From an uncultured Pseudomonadota bacterium (GTDB taxonomy: Bacteria > Pseudomonadota > Gammaproteobacteria > Xanthomonadales > Rhodanobacteraceae): a stretch of DNA of 64,000 nt. The stretch covers positions 81,454 to 145,453 of the forward strand of contig CAVYUN010000004.1 in the NCBI GenBank assembly GCA_963771735.1, read 5' to 3'. Shown in pieces: positions 54,867 to 64,000 of the stretch. The position numbers and the translations under genes are program-made. Under the pieces are notes generated by a model. That model saw only the letters and a program-made list of their open reading frames with translations. It was not told the origin of the DNA and searched no databases. Each line of letters begins with the position of its first letter. Positions within the stretch are counted from its first letter, which is position 1.

Positions 54867-55129
54867 TGAACGAGACAGTACAGAACACGCGTACCCTGCA
54901 GGGTCGCGTCACCAGCAACAAGGCAACCAAGACCGTCACCGTGTTGGTGGATCGCCAAGGCCAGCACGGACTGTACGGCAAATTGCTGCGCCGTTCGACC
55001 AAGTTGCACGCGCATGACGAAAACAGCGAGTGCCGTGAGGGCGACCTGGTGCGCATCGCCGAATGCCGGCCAATGTCCAAGACCAAGCATTTCCGCGTCG
55101 TGGAAGTGCTGCAGCGCGGCGCCGAGTGA
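54866..55129 (+). CDS. rpsQ: 30S ribosomal protein S17
   Basis: 87 aa. [47 protein letters not shown]. Confidence 0.97.
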   Translation: MNETVQNTRTLQGRVTSNKATKTVTVLVDRQGQHGLYGKLLRRSTKLHAHDENSECREGDLVRIAECRPMSKTKHFRVVEVLQRGAE

Positions 55130-55142
55130 GGAGATCGCAGCC

Positions 55143-55511
<369 letters not shown>

Positions 55512-55522
55512 GGGATACCGTC

Positions 55523-55837
55523 ATGAATCGCATCCGCAAAGGCGACACGGTGCTCGTGATCGCGGGCAGGAACAAGGGTCAGCACGGCGAGGTTACCCGC
55601 GTCGCGGGCGATCGCGTGTTCGTGCAGAACATCAACATGGTCAAGCGCCACACCAAGCCGAACCCGCAGCTGCAGCAGCCGGGCGGCATCGTCGAGCGCG
55701 AGGCCCCGATCCACATTTCCAATGTCATGCTGTACGACCTGGCCACCGGCAAGGGCGAACGCGTAGGCCGCAAGACGCTCGGCGACGGGCGCAAGGTGCG
55801 CGTGTATCGTTCCACCGGCGAAGTCGTGGACGCATGA
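55523..55837 (+). CDS. rplX: 50S ribosomal protein L24
   Basis: 104 aa. [21 protein letters not shown] (KOW). Confidence 0.98.
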   Translation: MNRIRKGDTVLVIAGRNKGQHGEVTRVAGDRVFVQNINMVKRHTKPNPQLQQPGGIVEREAPIHISNVMLYDLATGKGERVGRKTLGDGRKVRVYRSTGEVVDA

Positions 55838-55847
55838 GGACACAGCC

Positions 55848-56387
55848 ATGACCCGCCTTGAAAAAATCTACAAAGACGAAGTGATGCCGGCGCTGATGAA
55901 GCGTTTCGGTTACCAGAACCCGATGCAGGTTCCGCGCATCAGCAAGATCACGCTCAACATGGGCGTGGGCGAAGCCGCCGCGAACAAGAAGGTGCTGGAG
56001 AACGCCACCGCCGACATGGCCAAGATCGCCGGCCAGAAGCCGGTGGTGACCAAGGCGCGCGTTTCGGTGGCCTCGTTCAAGATCCGCGATGGCTGGCCGA
56101 TCGGCTGCAAGGTCACGCTGCGTCGCGCCAACATGTGGGAGTTCCTCGATCGACTGATCAACGTTTCGCTGCCGCGCGTGCGCGACTTCCGCGGCGTTTC
56201 GGGGCGGGCATTCGACGGTCGCGGCAACTACAACATGGGCGTGAAGGAACAGATCATCTTCCCCGAAATCGACTTCGACCAGGTCGATGCGATGCGCGGC
56301 ATGGATATCTGCATCACCACCACCGCGCATACGGACGCGGAAGCCAAGGCGCTGCTCGAAGCGTTCCACTTCCCGTTCAGGAATTGA
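55848..56387 (+). CDS. rplE: 50S ribosomal protein L5
   Basis: 179 aa. [26 protein letters not shown]. Confidence 0.99.
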   Translation: MTRLEKIYKDEVMPALMKRFGYQNPMQVPRISKITLNMGVGEAAANKKVLENATADMAKIAGQKPVVTKARVSVASFKIRDGWPIGCKVTLRRANMWEFLDRLINVSLPRVRDFRGVSGRAFDGRGNYNMGVKEQIIFPEIDFDQVDAMRGMDICITTTAHTDAEAKALLEAFHFPFRN

Positions 56388-56397
56388 GGAAACAAGC

Positions 56398-56703
56398 ATG
56401 GCAAAGAAATCCATGGTCAACCGCGACCTCAAGCGCGCCAAGCTGATCAAGCGGCACGCCGGCAAGCGCGTTGATCTCAAGAAGATCATCGCCGATGCCG
56501 ATGCGAGCTACGACGAGAAGATGGCCGCTGCGGCGAAACTGCAAAAGCTGCCGCGCGACTCGAGTCCGTCGCGGCTGCGCACGCGCTGCGCGCTGACCGG
56601 CCGTCCGCGCGCGGTGTACGTGAAGTTCGGTCTCGGCCGCAGCAAGTTGCGCGAAGCGACCATGCGCGGCGACGTGCCTGGCCTGCGCAAAGCCAGTTGG
56701 TAA
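56398..56703 (+). CDS. rpsN: 30S ribosomal protein S14 (long, non-zinc form)
   Basis: 101 aa. [43 protein letters not shown]. Confidence 0.98.
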   Translation: MAKKSMVNRDLKRAKLIKRHAGKRVDLKKIIADADASYDEKMAAAAKLQKLPRDSSPSRLRTRCALTGRPRAVYVKFGLGRSKLREATMRGDVPGLRKASW

Positions 56704-56710
56704 GACAAGC

Positions 56711-56762
56711 AGGGATGAGGAGCTAGGGATCAGGGATTGGAAAATACTCGATCCTCATCCCT
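56711..56762 (+). other. perfect 11-bp hairpin in the rpsN|rpsH spacer
   Basis: agggatgagga ...30 nt... tcctcatccct, with a second catccct directly downstream that gives an alternative 3' arm. Confidence 0.6.
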
Positions 56763-56804
56763 CATCCCTCAACGGATATCGATGCAACGCAACAGGAATA
56801 ACCC

Positions 56805-57200
56805 ATGAGCATGACTGATCCCATCGCCGACATGTTTACCCGCATCCGCAATGCCCAGGCCATGGGCAAGCCGACGGTGAGCATGCCGGCCTCGAAATTG
56901 AAACAGGCGCTGGCCGACCTGCTGAAGGCGGAAGGCTACGTGCTGGATTCGCGTCGCAGCGAAGGCGACGGCAAGGCCAATCTCGAGATCAAGCTGAAAT
57001 ATTTCGAAGGCCGCCCAGCGATCGAGCGCATCGAGCGCGTCAGCCGTTCCGGGCTGCGCGTGTACCGCGGCAAGGACGCATTGCCCAAGGTGCTGGGTGG
57101 TCTCGGCATCTCCATCGTGTCCACTTCGGCGGGGCTGATGACCGACGCGCAGGCGCGCGCCAAGGGTCTCGGCGGCGAAGTGATCGGCCGCGTCGCGTAA
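56805..57200 (+). CDS. rpsH: 30S ribosomal protein S8
   Basis: 131 aa. [14 protein letters not shown]. Confidence 0.99.
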   Translation: MSMTDPIADMFTRIRNAQAMGKPTVSMPASKLKQALADLLKAEGYVLDSRRSEGDGKANLEIKLKYFEGRPAIERIERVSRSGLRVYRGKDALPKVLGGLGISIVSTSAGLMTDAQARAKGLGGEVIGRVA

Positions 57201-57218
57201 GAAGGACGGAGCACTGAC

Positions 57219-57743
57219 ATGTCACGAGTAGCCAAGCAGCCCATCGCGTTGCCCAAGGGCGTCGAATGCCAGGTGGCCGCCGACGGGATCACCGTCAAGG
57301 GCCCCAAGGGCACCCTCAAGATGCACGCGATTCCAGGTGTCGAGATCAAGACCGTCGACGGCCAGTTGACCTGCGCCGACGGCAGCGCCGAAACCAAGTT
57401 CGCGGGCACCACCCGCGCGCTGTTGGCCAACATGGTGCACGGCGTCACCCAAGGCTACGAGCGCAAGCTCGAGCTGGTCGGCGTCGGCTTCCGCGCGGCC
57501 GTGCAGGGCAAGAGCCTGAACCTGTCGCTGGGGTTTTCGCATCCGGTGGTATTCCCGGCGCCCGAGGGTGTCACCCTGGAAACGCCGTCGCCGACGGAGA
57601 TTCTGGTCAAGGGTGCCGACAAGCAGCGCGTTGGCCAGACCGCCGCCAAGATCCGCGCGTTCCGTCCGCCGGAGCCCTACAAGGGCAAGGGCGTCCGCTA
57701 TGCCGGCGAGCGTATCACGCTGAAAGAAGCGAAGAAGGCTTAA
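57219..57743 (+). CDS. rplF: 50S ribosomal protein L6
   Basis: 174 aa. [33 protein letters not shown]. Confidence 0.99.
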   Translation: MSRVAKQPIALPKGVECQVAADGITVKGPKGTLKMHAIPGVEIKTVDGQLTCADGSAETKFAGTTRALLANMVHGVTQGYERKLELVGVGFRAAVQGKSLNLSLGFSHPVVFPAPEGVTLETPSPTEILVKGADKQRVGQTAAKIRAFRPPEPYKGKGVRYAGERITLKEAKKA

Positions 57744-57746
57744 GTC

Positions 57747-58103
57747 ATGATCGACAAGAAAACATCGCGTCTGCGCCGCGCCAAGACCGCGCGTGCACGT
57801 ATCCGCAAGCAGGCCGTGCCGCGTCTGTCCGTGCATCGCAGCGGACAGCACATCTATGCGCAGGTCATCGCCGCCGATGGCGAGACCGTGATCGCGGCCG
57901 TGTCGACCACCCAGAAGGCTCTCAGCGAGGGTCTGAAGGGCACCAAGAACAAGTCGGCGGCAGCGGCAGTGGGCAAGGCCATCGCGGAAAAGGCCAAGGC
58001 TGCCGGTATCGAAGCGGTCGCCTTCGACCGTTCGGGCTTCAGGTATCACGGGCGCGTTGCCGCACTGGCGGATGCGGCGCGCGAGGCGGGACTCAAGTTC
58101 TGA
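57747..58103 (+). CDS. rplR: 50S ribosomal protein L18
   Basis: 118 aa. [42 protein letters not shown]. Confidence 0.99.
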   Translation: MIDKKTSRLRRAKTARARIRKQAVPRLSVHRSGQHIYAQVIAADGETVIAAVSTTQKALSEGLKGTKNKSAAAAVGKAIAEKAKAAGIEAVAFDRSGFRYHGRVAALADAAREAGLKF

Positions 58104-58137
58104 TGCAGAAATTAGATTACGTGTGGTGTCCGAATGC

Positions 58138-58242
58138 TTTTTTTTGCGATCGTCCATGATCGCTGCATCTCGGAATGCCTCAGAAGTGAATGGTACTTGG
58201 CAGTCGCATACACCAGAACGGCCTTCCATGGCCTGACTTTTC
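58138..58242 (+). repeat. r-protein-spacer structured repeat, copy B (rplR|rpsE)
   Basis: T8 + gcgatcgtccatgatcgc (58146-58163) ... caccagaacggccttccatggcctgacttttc (58211-58242). Confidence 0.8.
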
Positions 58243-58315
58243 GAAAAAACAACAACTCCAAGCGGCTTGATGCCGCAAGCAAATGCCCGCATCTCGCGGG
58301 CGCAAGGTGAAAACA

Positions 58316-58825
58316 ATGGCGAACAACGATCGCGAAAATTCGGACGGGATGCTGGAAAAACTCATCGCCGTCAACCGCGTGGCCAAGACGGTCAAGGGCG
58401 GTAGGCAGATGAGCTTCACCGCGCTGACCGTGGTGGGTGACGGTGCCGGCAAGGTCGGCTTCGGGTACGGCAAGGCGCGTGAAGTGCCGGTCGCGATCTC
58501 GAAGGCGATGGAGCGCGCGCGCCGCAACATGGTCAGCGTGGGCCTCAACAACGGCACCATCTGGTACGCGGTCAAGGCCAATCATGGCGCTGCCCGCGTG
58601 TTCATGCAGCCGGCGTCGGAAGGAACCGGCGTGATCGCCGGCGGCGCCATGCGCGCCGTGCTGGAAGTGGTCGGCGTCAAGGACGTGCTGGCCAAGGCCG
58701 TTGGTTCGCGCAACCCGATCAATCTGGTGCGCGCCACCATCAAGGGCCTGCAATCGGTCGCCAGCCCCGACTATATCGCGGCCAAGCGTGGCAAGAAGGT
58801 CGAGGAGTTGGGTCATGGCAGCTAA
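58316..58825 (+). CDS. rpsE: 30S ribosomal protein S5
   Basis: 169 aa from the internal ATG ([30 protein letters not shown]...). [11 protein letters not shown]. Confidence 0.97.
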   Translation: MANNDRENSDGMLEKLIAVNRVAKTVKGGRQMSFTALTVVGDGAGKVGFGYGKAREVPVAISKAMERARRNMVSVGLNNGTIWYAVKANHGAARVFMQPASEGTGVIAGGAMRAVLEVVGVKDVLAKAVGSRNPINLVRATIKGLQSVASPDYIAAKRGKKVEELGHGS

Positions 58826-59015
58826 GAAAACCACCACTGCCGGCACCGTGAAGGTGCGCCTTGTCGGTGGCTTGCGCGGTGTGCAATCGCGCCATCGACT
58901 GAGCGTGAAGGCGCTGGGCCTGAACCGTACCGGCGACGTGCGTGAATTGAAGGACAGCCCGCAGGTGCGCGGCCTGATCAATACGGTCAACTACCTTGTA
59001 CGGGTCGAGGAGTAA
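58815..59015 (+). CDS. rpmD: 50S ribosomal protein L30
   Basis: 66 aa. [25 protein letters not shown]. Overlaps the rpsE 3' end by 11 nt. Confidence 0.93.
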   Translation: MAAKKTTTAGTVKVRLVGGLRGVQSRHRLSVKALGLNRTGDVRELKDSPQVRGLINTVNYLVRVEE

Positions 59016-59018
59016 GTC

Positions 59019-59450
59019 ATGCGTCTCAACACACTCAAGCCCGGCAAGGGTGCGCGCAAGGACCGCCGCCGCGTTGGACGCGGCATCGGTTCCGGCCTCG
59101 GCAAGACCGCGGGCCGTGGCCACAAGGGCCAGCACGCGCGCGCGGGCAATACCCACACCATTGGTTTCGAGGGTGGCCAGATGCCGTTGCAGCGCCGCCT
59201 GCCGAAGGTGGGTTTCCGTTCGCGCAAGCAAGTCGAGTCGCAGCAGGTTTTCCTCTACCAGCTCGCCGGCCTCAAGCACGACACGATCGATGTAGCCGTG
59301 TTGCGTGAAGCCAAGCTGATCGACGGGCGCGCCAAGCGCGTGAAGATCGTCAAGAAAGGCGAAATCGGCCGCGCCGTGAAGGTGACGGGCGTGCTCGCGA
59401 CCGCGGGCGCCAAGGCGGCGATCGAAGCCGCCGGCGGCAGCGTGGAGTAA
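59019..59450 (+). CDS. rplO: 50S ribosomal protein L15
   Basis: 143 aa. RVGRGIGSGLGKTAGRGHKGQ. Confidence 0.99.
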   Translation: MRLNTLKPGKGARKDRRRVGRGIGSGLGKTAGRGHKGQHARAGNTHTIGFEGGQMPLQRRLPKVGFRSRKQVESQQVFLYQLAGLKHDTIDVAVLREAKLIDGRAKRVKIVKKGEIGRAVKVTGVLATAGAKAAIEAAGGSVE

Positions 59451-59455
59451 GCATC

Positions 59456-60787
59456 TTGGCCGCAGGCAAGACATCGTCCAATCCGCTGGCCCAGTTCGGC
59501 AAGTTGACCGAACTGCGGCAGCGTCTGCTGTTCCTGGTCGGCGCGCTGGTCGTGTTCCGGCTGGGTTCGTTCATCCCGGTTCCGGGCGTCAACCCGGAGG
59601 CCATGACCCGGATGATCGAACAGGGTGGCGGCTTGATGAGCATGTTCAACATGTTCTCGGGCGGTGCATTGGCGCGTTTTTCGCTGTTCGCACTCGGCGT
59701 GATCCCGTACATCTCCGCATCCATCGTGGTACAGATGATGGGCTCGGTACTGCCGAGCTGGCAGGCGCTGAAGAAGGAAGGCCAGTCGGGCCAGCGCATC
59801 CTGACCAAGTACACCCGCTGGGGCACGGTCCTGCTGTCGGCCTTCCAGGCCTTCGGCATCGCCATGGCGCTGCAGAAACAAGGTGCCTCCGGTGGCGTCG
59901 CGGTCGTCTACGACCCCGGTTTCGGTTTCATCTTCGCTTCCGTGATCGGTCTGACCGCCGGCAGCATGTTCCTGATGTGGCTGGGCGAACAGATGACCGA
60001 GCGCGGGGTCGGCAACGGCATTTCACTGATCATCTTCGCGGGCATCGTGGCCGGTCTGCCGCGCGCGCTGACCCAGACCTTCACGATGGCCAGCAACGGC
60101 CAGCTCTCGGCGATCAAGGTACTGATCGTGGTCGTGATCGTGCTTGGCGTGACCGCGTTCGTGGTGTTCATGGAAAGCGCGCAGCGTCGGATCACCGTGA
60201 ACTATGCGCGCCGCCAGGGCGGGGCCAACGCGTACCAGAACCAGAGTTCACACCTGCCGCTGAAGATCAACATGTCGGGCGTGATTCCGCCGATCTTCGC
60301 CTCGTCGCTTATCCTGTTCCCGGCCACTGCGTCGTCGTGGTTCTCGAACGCCAGCCAGGTCCATTGGCTGCAAAGCCTGACCACCGCGCTGACGCCGGGC
60401 GAACCGCCTTACATGATCCTGTACGCCGGCATGATCATAGTTTTTGCGTTCTTCTACACCGCGATCGTGTTCAACTCGCAGGAAACGGCGGACAACCTGA
60501 AGCGTTCCGGCGCGCTGATTCCGGGGTTGCGGCCGGGCAAGGCGACGGCTGACTACATCGATGCCGTACTCACGCGCCTGACCGGTGCGGGGGCGGTTTA
60601 TCTCGCGGCGGTCTGCCTGATCCCCACGTTCCTGCAGTCGGAGTGGCACGTCCCGTTCTATTTCGGGGGTACCTCGCTGCTGATCGTGGTGGTGGTCGCG
60701 ATGGACTTCAGGGCGCAGGTTTCGGCACATCTGGTGTCGCACCAGTACGACAGTTTGCTGAAGAAGGCCAACCTGCGCCGCAAATAA
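59456..60787 (+). CDS. secY: preprotein translocase subunit SecY (TTG start)
   Basis: 443 aa. ELRQRLLFLVGALVVFRLGSFIPVPG, 10 TM. The only in-frame start that preserves the conserved N-terminus is the TTG at 59456. Confidence 0.97.
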   Translation: MAAGKTSSNPLAQFGKLTELRQRLLFLVGALVVFRLGSFIPVPGVNPEAMTRMIEQGGGLMSMFNMFSGGALARFSLFALGVIPYISASIVVQMMGSVLPSWQALKKEGQSGQRILTKYTRWGTVLLSAFQAFGIAMALQKQGASGGVAVVYDPGFGFIFASVIGLTAGSMFLMWLGEQMTERGVGNGISLIIFAGIVAGLPRALTQTFTMASNGQLSAIKVLIVVVIVLGVTAFVVFMESAQRRITVNYARRQGGANAYQNQSSHLPLKINMSGVIPPIFASSLILFPATASSWFSNASQVHWLQSLTTALTPGEPPYMILYAGMIIVFAFFYTAIVFNSQETADNLKRSGALIPGLRPGKATADYIDAVLTRLTGAGAVYLAAVCLIPTFLQSEWHVPFYFGGTSLLIVVVVAMDFRAQVSAHLVSHQYDSLLKKANLRRK

Positions 60788-60901
60788 AGGCGCCGTGGGG
60801 GCTGGTGGGCCGGGCGGGGTGAATGCCCCATTCGGATCGATTTCGGGCTATAATTGACAGTTTGCCGAATCGGCAACGCATTTGAGGTGGAGTAACCGCA
60901 C

Positions 60902-61258
60902 ATGGCACGCATCGCGGGCGTCAACTTGCCGATGAACAAGCACGTTTGGATCGGCTTGCAGAGCATCTACGGCATCGGCCGTACCCGGTCGCACAAGATT
61001 TGTGTCGAAGCCGGGGTCGAACCGTCCACGCCGGTCAAGTCGCTGTCCGAGGGCGAGGTCGAAAACCTGCGTCGGGAAGTGGCGAAGTTCACCGTGGAAG
61101 GTGACCTGCGTCGCGAGGTGGGCATCAGCGTGAAGCGCCTGATGGACCTTGGCACCTACCGCGGACTGCGTCATCGTCGCGGCCTGCCGGCGCGCGGCCA
61201 GCGTACCCGTACCAACGCGCGTACCCGCAAGGGCCCGCGTCGCGCGATCAGGAAGTAA
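60902..61258 (+). CDS. rpsM: 30S ribosomal protein S13
   Basis: 118 aa. [33 protein letters not shown]. Confidence 0.99.
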   Translation: MARIAGVNLPMNKHVWIGLQSIYGIGRTRSHKICVEAGVEPSTPVKSLSEGEVENLRREVAKFTVEGDLRREVGISVKRLMDLGTYRGLRHRRGLPARGQRTRTNARTRKGPRRAIRK

Positions 61259-61317
61259 GTCTCGCGGGACTCCCGAGCCCGCGCAGTTGCAACGAAACGC
61301 ATTCAACCGGATTACCC

Positions 61318-61707
61318 ATGGACAAACCAGCTGCCAAGTCGAAGAAGAAGACCAAGCGCGTCGTAACCGATGGCGTCGCCCACGTCCATGCTTCCTTCAA
61401 CAACACCATCATCACCATCACCGATCGCCAGGGCAACGCCTTGTCGTGGGCGACCTCCGGTGGTGCCGGTTTCCGCGGTTCACGCAAGTCGACCCCGTTT
61501 GCCGCACAGGTCGCGGCCGAGAAGGCCGGCCGGGTGGCGCTGGATTACGGCGTCAAATCGCTGGAAGTGCGCATCAAGGGCCCGGGTCCGGGCCGCGAGT
61601 CGGCGGTGCGTTCGCTGAACGCGCTCGGCTACAAGGTCACCAACATCATCGACGTTACGCCGATTCCGCACAACGGCTGCCGTCCGCCCAAGAAGCGTCG
61701 CGTGTAA
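61318..61707 (+). CDS. rpsK: 30S ribosomal protein S11
   Basis: 129 aa. [26 protein letters not shown]. Confidence 0.99.
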   Translation: MDKPAAKSKKKTKRVVTDGVAHVHASFNNTIITITDRQGNALSWATSGGAGFRGSRKSTPFAAQVAAEKAGRVALDYGVKSLEVRIKGPGPGRESAVRSLNALGYKVTNIIDVTPIPHNGCRPPKKRRV

Positions 61708-61723
61708 GGGAGAACCAACAGCA

Positions 61724-62353
61724 ATGGCACGTTACCGTGGTCCCACCTGCAAACTCGCTCGTCGCGAAGGTTCCGACCTGTCGCTGAAGAGCCCCGCGCG
61801 CGCGATCGACTCCAAGTGCAAGTTCGACAACAAGCCCGGCCAGCACGGCGCCGCCACCAAGCGTTCGCGGCCGTCCGATTACGCCGTGCAGTTGCGCGAG
61901 AAGCAGAAGGTCAAGCGCATTTATGGCGTGCTCGAGCGCCAGTTCAGCAATTACTACAAGAAGGCCGCGCAACTGAAGGGCAATACCGGTGAAAACCTGT
62001 TGCGCCTGCTTGAGGCTCGCCTGGACAACGTCGTCTACCGCATGGGCTTTGCCGTCACCCGCGCGCAGGCACGCCAGCTGGTGTCGCACAAGTCGGTGAT
62101 GGTCAACGGCAAGAAGGTCAACGTGCCCTCCTACGTGATGCGGCCCGGTGACGAGATCAAGCTGACCGAAAACGCGCAGAAGCAGTTGCGTGTGCAGGAA
62201 GCCATGAAGGTTTCCGAGAGCATGGACCTCAAGCCCGGCTGGATCGAGGTAGATGCCAGGAATGCGGCCGGCGTGTTCAAGGCCATGCCCGATCGCGGTG
62301 ACCTGCCCAGCGACATCAATGAGGCGCTGATCGTCGAGTTGTATTCGAAGTAA
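61724..62353 (+). CDS. rpsD: 30S ribosomal protein S4
   Basis: 209 aa. [17 protein letters not shown]4 domain [12 protein letters not shown]. Confidence 0.99.
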   Translation: MARYRGPTCKLARREGSDLSLKSPARAIDSKCKFDNKPGQHGAATKRSRPSDYAVQLREKQKVKRIYGVLERQFSNYYKKAAQLKGNTGENLLRLLEARLDNVVYRMGFAVTRAQARQLVSHKSVMVNGKKVNVPSYVMRPGDEIKLTENAQKQLRVQEAMKVSESMDLKPGWIEVDARNAAGVFKAMPDRGDLPSDINEALIVELYSK

Positions 62354-62491
62354 GGCGTCGCAGCCGGCGCGTTCCGACCATTCGGCCGGAACAGCGCCAC
62401 CGACGCGAACCGGGCGGCGTGGCCGCCCGGCGAGGAACCATCGGAGCCCGAATCCTGCGCGGCTCCACCAGTGATATTCCGGAGTTAGCCC

Positions 62492-63490
62492 ATGGCAGTC
62501 TCTTCCACCCACGTCCTGCGTCCACGCGGCCTCAAGGTCGAGCCGGTCGGTCCCAACCATGCCCGGGTCGTCGTCGAACCGCTGGAGCGCGGTTACGGCC
62601 ACACACTCGGCAATGCGCTGCGGCGCGTCCTGCTGTCGTCGATCGCCGGTGCGGCCATCGTCGAGGCCGAGATCGACGGCGTGCTGCATGAATACACGAC
62701 GCTGGAAGGTTTGCAGGAAGACGTGATCGAGCTTCTGCTGAACCTCAAGGGCGTCGCCATCCGCCTCAACGGCGTCGACGAGGCCAACCTCAGCCTGTCC
62801 CGCAAGGGCAAGGGCGTGGTCACGGCTGGCGACATCACCGTCGACCACACGGTCGAGATCGTCAATCCCGAGCACGTGATTTGCCACCTGACCAAGGACG
62901 TCACGCTCAACATGCGCCTCAAGGCCAAGCGTGGCATCGGCTACCAGCCGGCCGTGAACCGCACCAATCCGGACGAGGAAACGCGTGCGATCGGCCGTCT
63001 GCAAATCGACGCCTCGTTTTGTCCGGTGCGCCGCGTGGCCTATTCGGTCGACGCCGCGCGCGTGGAACAGCGCACCAACCTCGACAAGCTGATCCTGGAC
63101 GTCGAGACCAACGGCACGGTCGCGGTCGACGAAGCGGTGCGCCAGGCCGCCGAGACCCTGCACGACCAGTTGTCCGTGTTCGGCGATTTCAAGAGCCGCG
63201 AGACCACCGAGTCCGAGAAGGACAAAGCCGGCATTTCGCCGCTGCTGCTGCGGCCGATCGACGACCTGGAACTCACCGTGCGGTCGGCCAACTGCCTCAA
63301 GGCCGAGAGCATCTACTACATCGGCGACCTGGTGCAGAAGACCGAGGTCGAGTTGTTGAAGACCCCGAATCTCGGCAAGAAGTCGCTGACCGAGATCAAG
63401 GACGTGCTCGGCGCCAAGGGCCTCGCGCTCGGCACCAAGCTGGAAAACTGGCCGCCGGCCGGGATTTCCAGCGGCATGCAACTTGGTTGA
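62492..63490 (+). CDS. rpoA: DNA-directed RNA polymerase subunit alpha
   Basis: 332 aa. [17 protein letters not shown]; C-terminal domain [22 protein letters not shown]. Confidence 0.99.
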   Translation: MAVSSTHVLRPRGLKVEPVGPNHARVVVEPLERGYGHTLGNALRRVLLSSIAGAAIVEAEIDGVLHEYTTLEGLQEDVIELLLNLKGVAIRLNGVDEANLSLSRKGKGVVTAGDITVDHTVEIVNPEHVICHLTKDVTLNMRLKAKRGIGYQPAVNRTNPDEETRAIGRLQIDASFCPVRRVAYSVDAARVEQRTNLDKLILDVETNGTVAVDEAVRQAAETLHDQLSVFGDFKSRETTESEKDKAGISPLLLRPIDDLELTVRSANCLKAESIYYIGDLVQKTEVELLKTPNLGKKSLTEIKDVLGAKGLALGTKLENWPPAGISSGMQLG

Positions 63491-63525
63491 GGCTGGGGGC
63501 GTCCCTGCGTTCAAACCACCGTGTG

Positions 63526-63630
63526 TTTATTTTTGCGATCATCCATGATCGCTGCGTAATGAACCGTTCTGGTGCTTGCACGGGTCAGGCGTTTCAAAGC
63601 ACCAGAATGGGCTTCCTGCCCTGACTTTTC
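63526..63630 (+). repeat. r-protein-spacer structured repeat, copy C (rpoA|rplQ)
   Basis: tttattttt + gcgatcatccatgatcgc (63535-63552); central 11-bp hairpin ttctggtgctt/aagcaccagaa (63567-63607); caccagaatgggcttcctgccctgacttttc (63600-63630). Confidence 0.8.
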
Positions 63631-63738
63631 ACCAAAAGCTCGCTTCGACGAGCATTTGAATTTTCAAAAGCGGGTAACCGCGGAAATTCGGACGCAGGCG
63701 CCGGATTTTCATAACGATAAACAGAGAGAGTCACCACC

Positions 63739-64000
63739 ATGCGCCACCTCAAATCCGGACGCAAACTCAATCGGACCAGTTCCCACCGCGAAGCGATGTT
63801 CAAGAACATGACCTCTTCGCTGATCAAGCACGAGCTGATCCGCACCACCCTGCCCAAGGCGAAGGAACTGCGCCGCGTGGCCGAACCGCTGATCACGCTG
63901 GCCAAGATCGACGGCGTCGCCAACCGCCGCCTCGCATTCGCGCGTCTTCGCGACAAGCAGGCCGTTGGCAAGTTGTTCGTCGAACTCGGTCCGCGTTATC
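63739..64000 (+). CDS. rplQ: 50S ribosomal protein L17, 3' end cut by the window edge
   Basis: [56 protein letters not shown]... read directly from the ATG at 63739. Confidence 0.97.
   Translation, partial: MRHLKSGRKLNRTSSHREAMFKNMTSSLIKHELIRTTLPKAKELRRVAEPLITLAKIDGVANRRLAFARLRDKQAVGKLFVELGPRY

Noticed and set aside
58190-58270. A 26-aa ORF inside repeat copy B ([26 protein letters not shown]). Its HQNGLP segment appears conserved with synonymous-looking changes in copy C.
   Set aside because: Copy C has no start codon and shifts frame after HQNGLP, and copy A has no nearby start. The apparent synonymous changes coincide with the compensatory changes in hairpin 3. A non-coding structure is the simpler explanation.
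60849-60883. Perfect TATAAT (60849-60854) and TTGACA (60854-60859) hexamers in the secY|rpsM spacer.
   Set aside because: They are in the wrong order for a sigma-70 promoter. TTGACA plus 17 nt lands on a poor -10 (cgcatt). No promoter is called.

Overview
High-GC (about 65-70% by eye) gammaproteobacterial chromosome. Gene order and a GT41 OGT-like gene point to Xanthomonadales/Lysobacterales; that assignment is inference. The right two thirds (31.0-64.0 kb) is the core translation/transcription supercluster: tRNA-Tyr/Gly/Thr-tufB-tRNA-Trp-secE-nusG-rplKAJL-rpoBC-rpsLG-fusA-tufA, then the S10, spc and alpha operons up to a truncated rplQ. The left third holds housekeeping genes (tgt, an AidB-like ACAD, wrbA, yihY, a tlpA-like gene, acyP, moaB, hemA-prfA, lolB, tRNA-Gln, prs, rplY, pth, ychF). 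It also holds three accessory-looking blocks: an AT-rich islet with two small membrane ORFs, a FecI/FecR/TonB-receptor cell-surface-signalling module, and a four-gene chaperone-usher fimbrial operon. I saw no rRNA, CRISPR array, transposase, integrase or phage genes. The most interesting signal is non-coding. A structured three-hairpin repeat of about 105 nt sits in spacers of the ribosomal-protein operons that are normally tight (rplJ|rplL, rplR|rpsE, rpoA|rplQ). An inverted copy lies in tufA|rpsJ and a hairpin-only copy lies after ychF. Other points: decayed tRNA-Tyr-derived repeats flank tRNA-Tyr; a 116-bp tandem repeat with compensatory stem changes sits where ispE is expected; a GT41 O-GlcNAc-transferase homologue is translationally coupled to prfA; and the convergent acyP and moaB ORFs both lack stops at their conserved ends. 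Everything was done by eye from the sequence and the ORF track. Hairpin and repeat coordinates may be off by 1-2 nt, and no database search was run.
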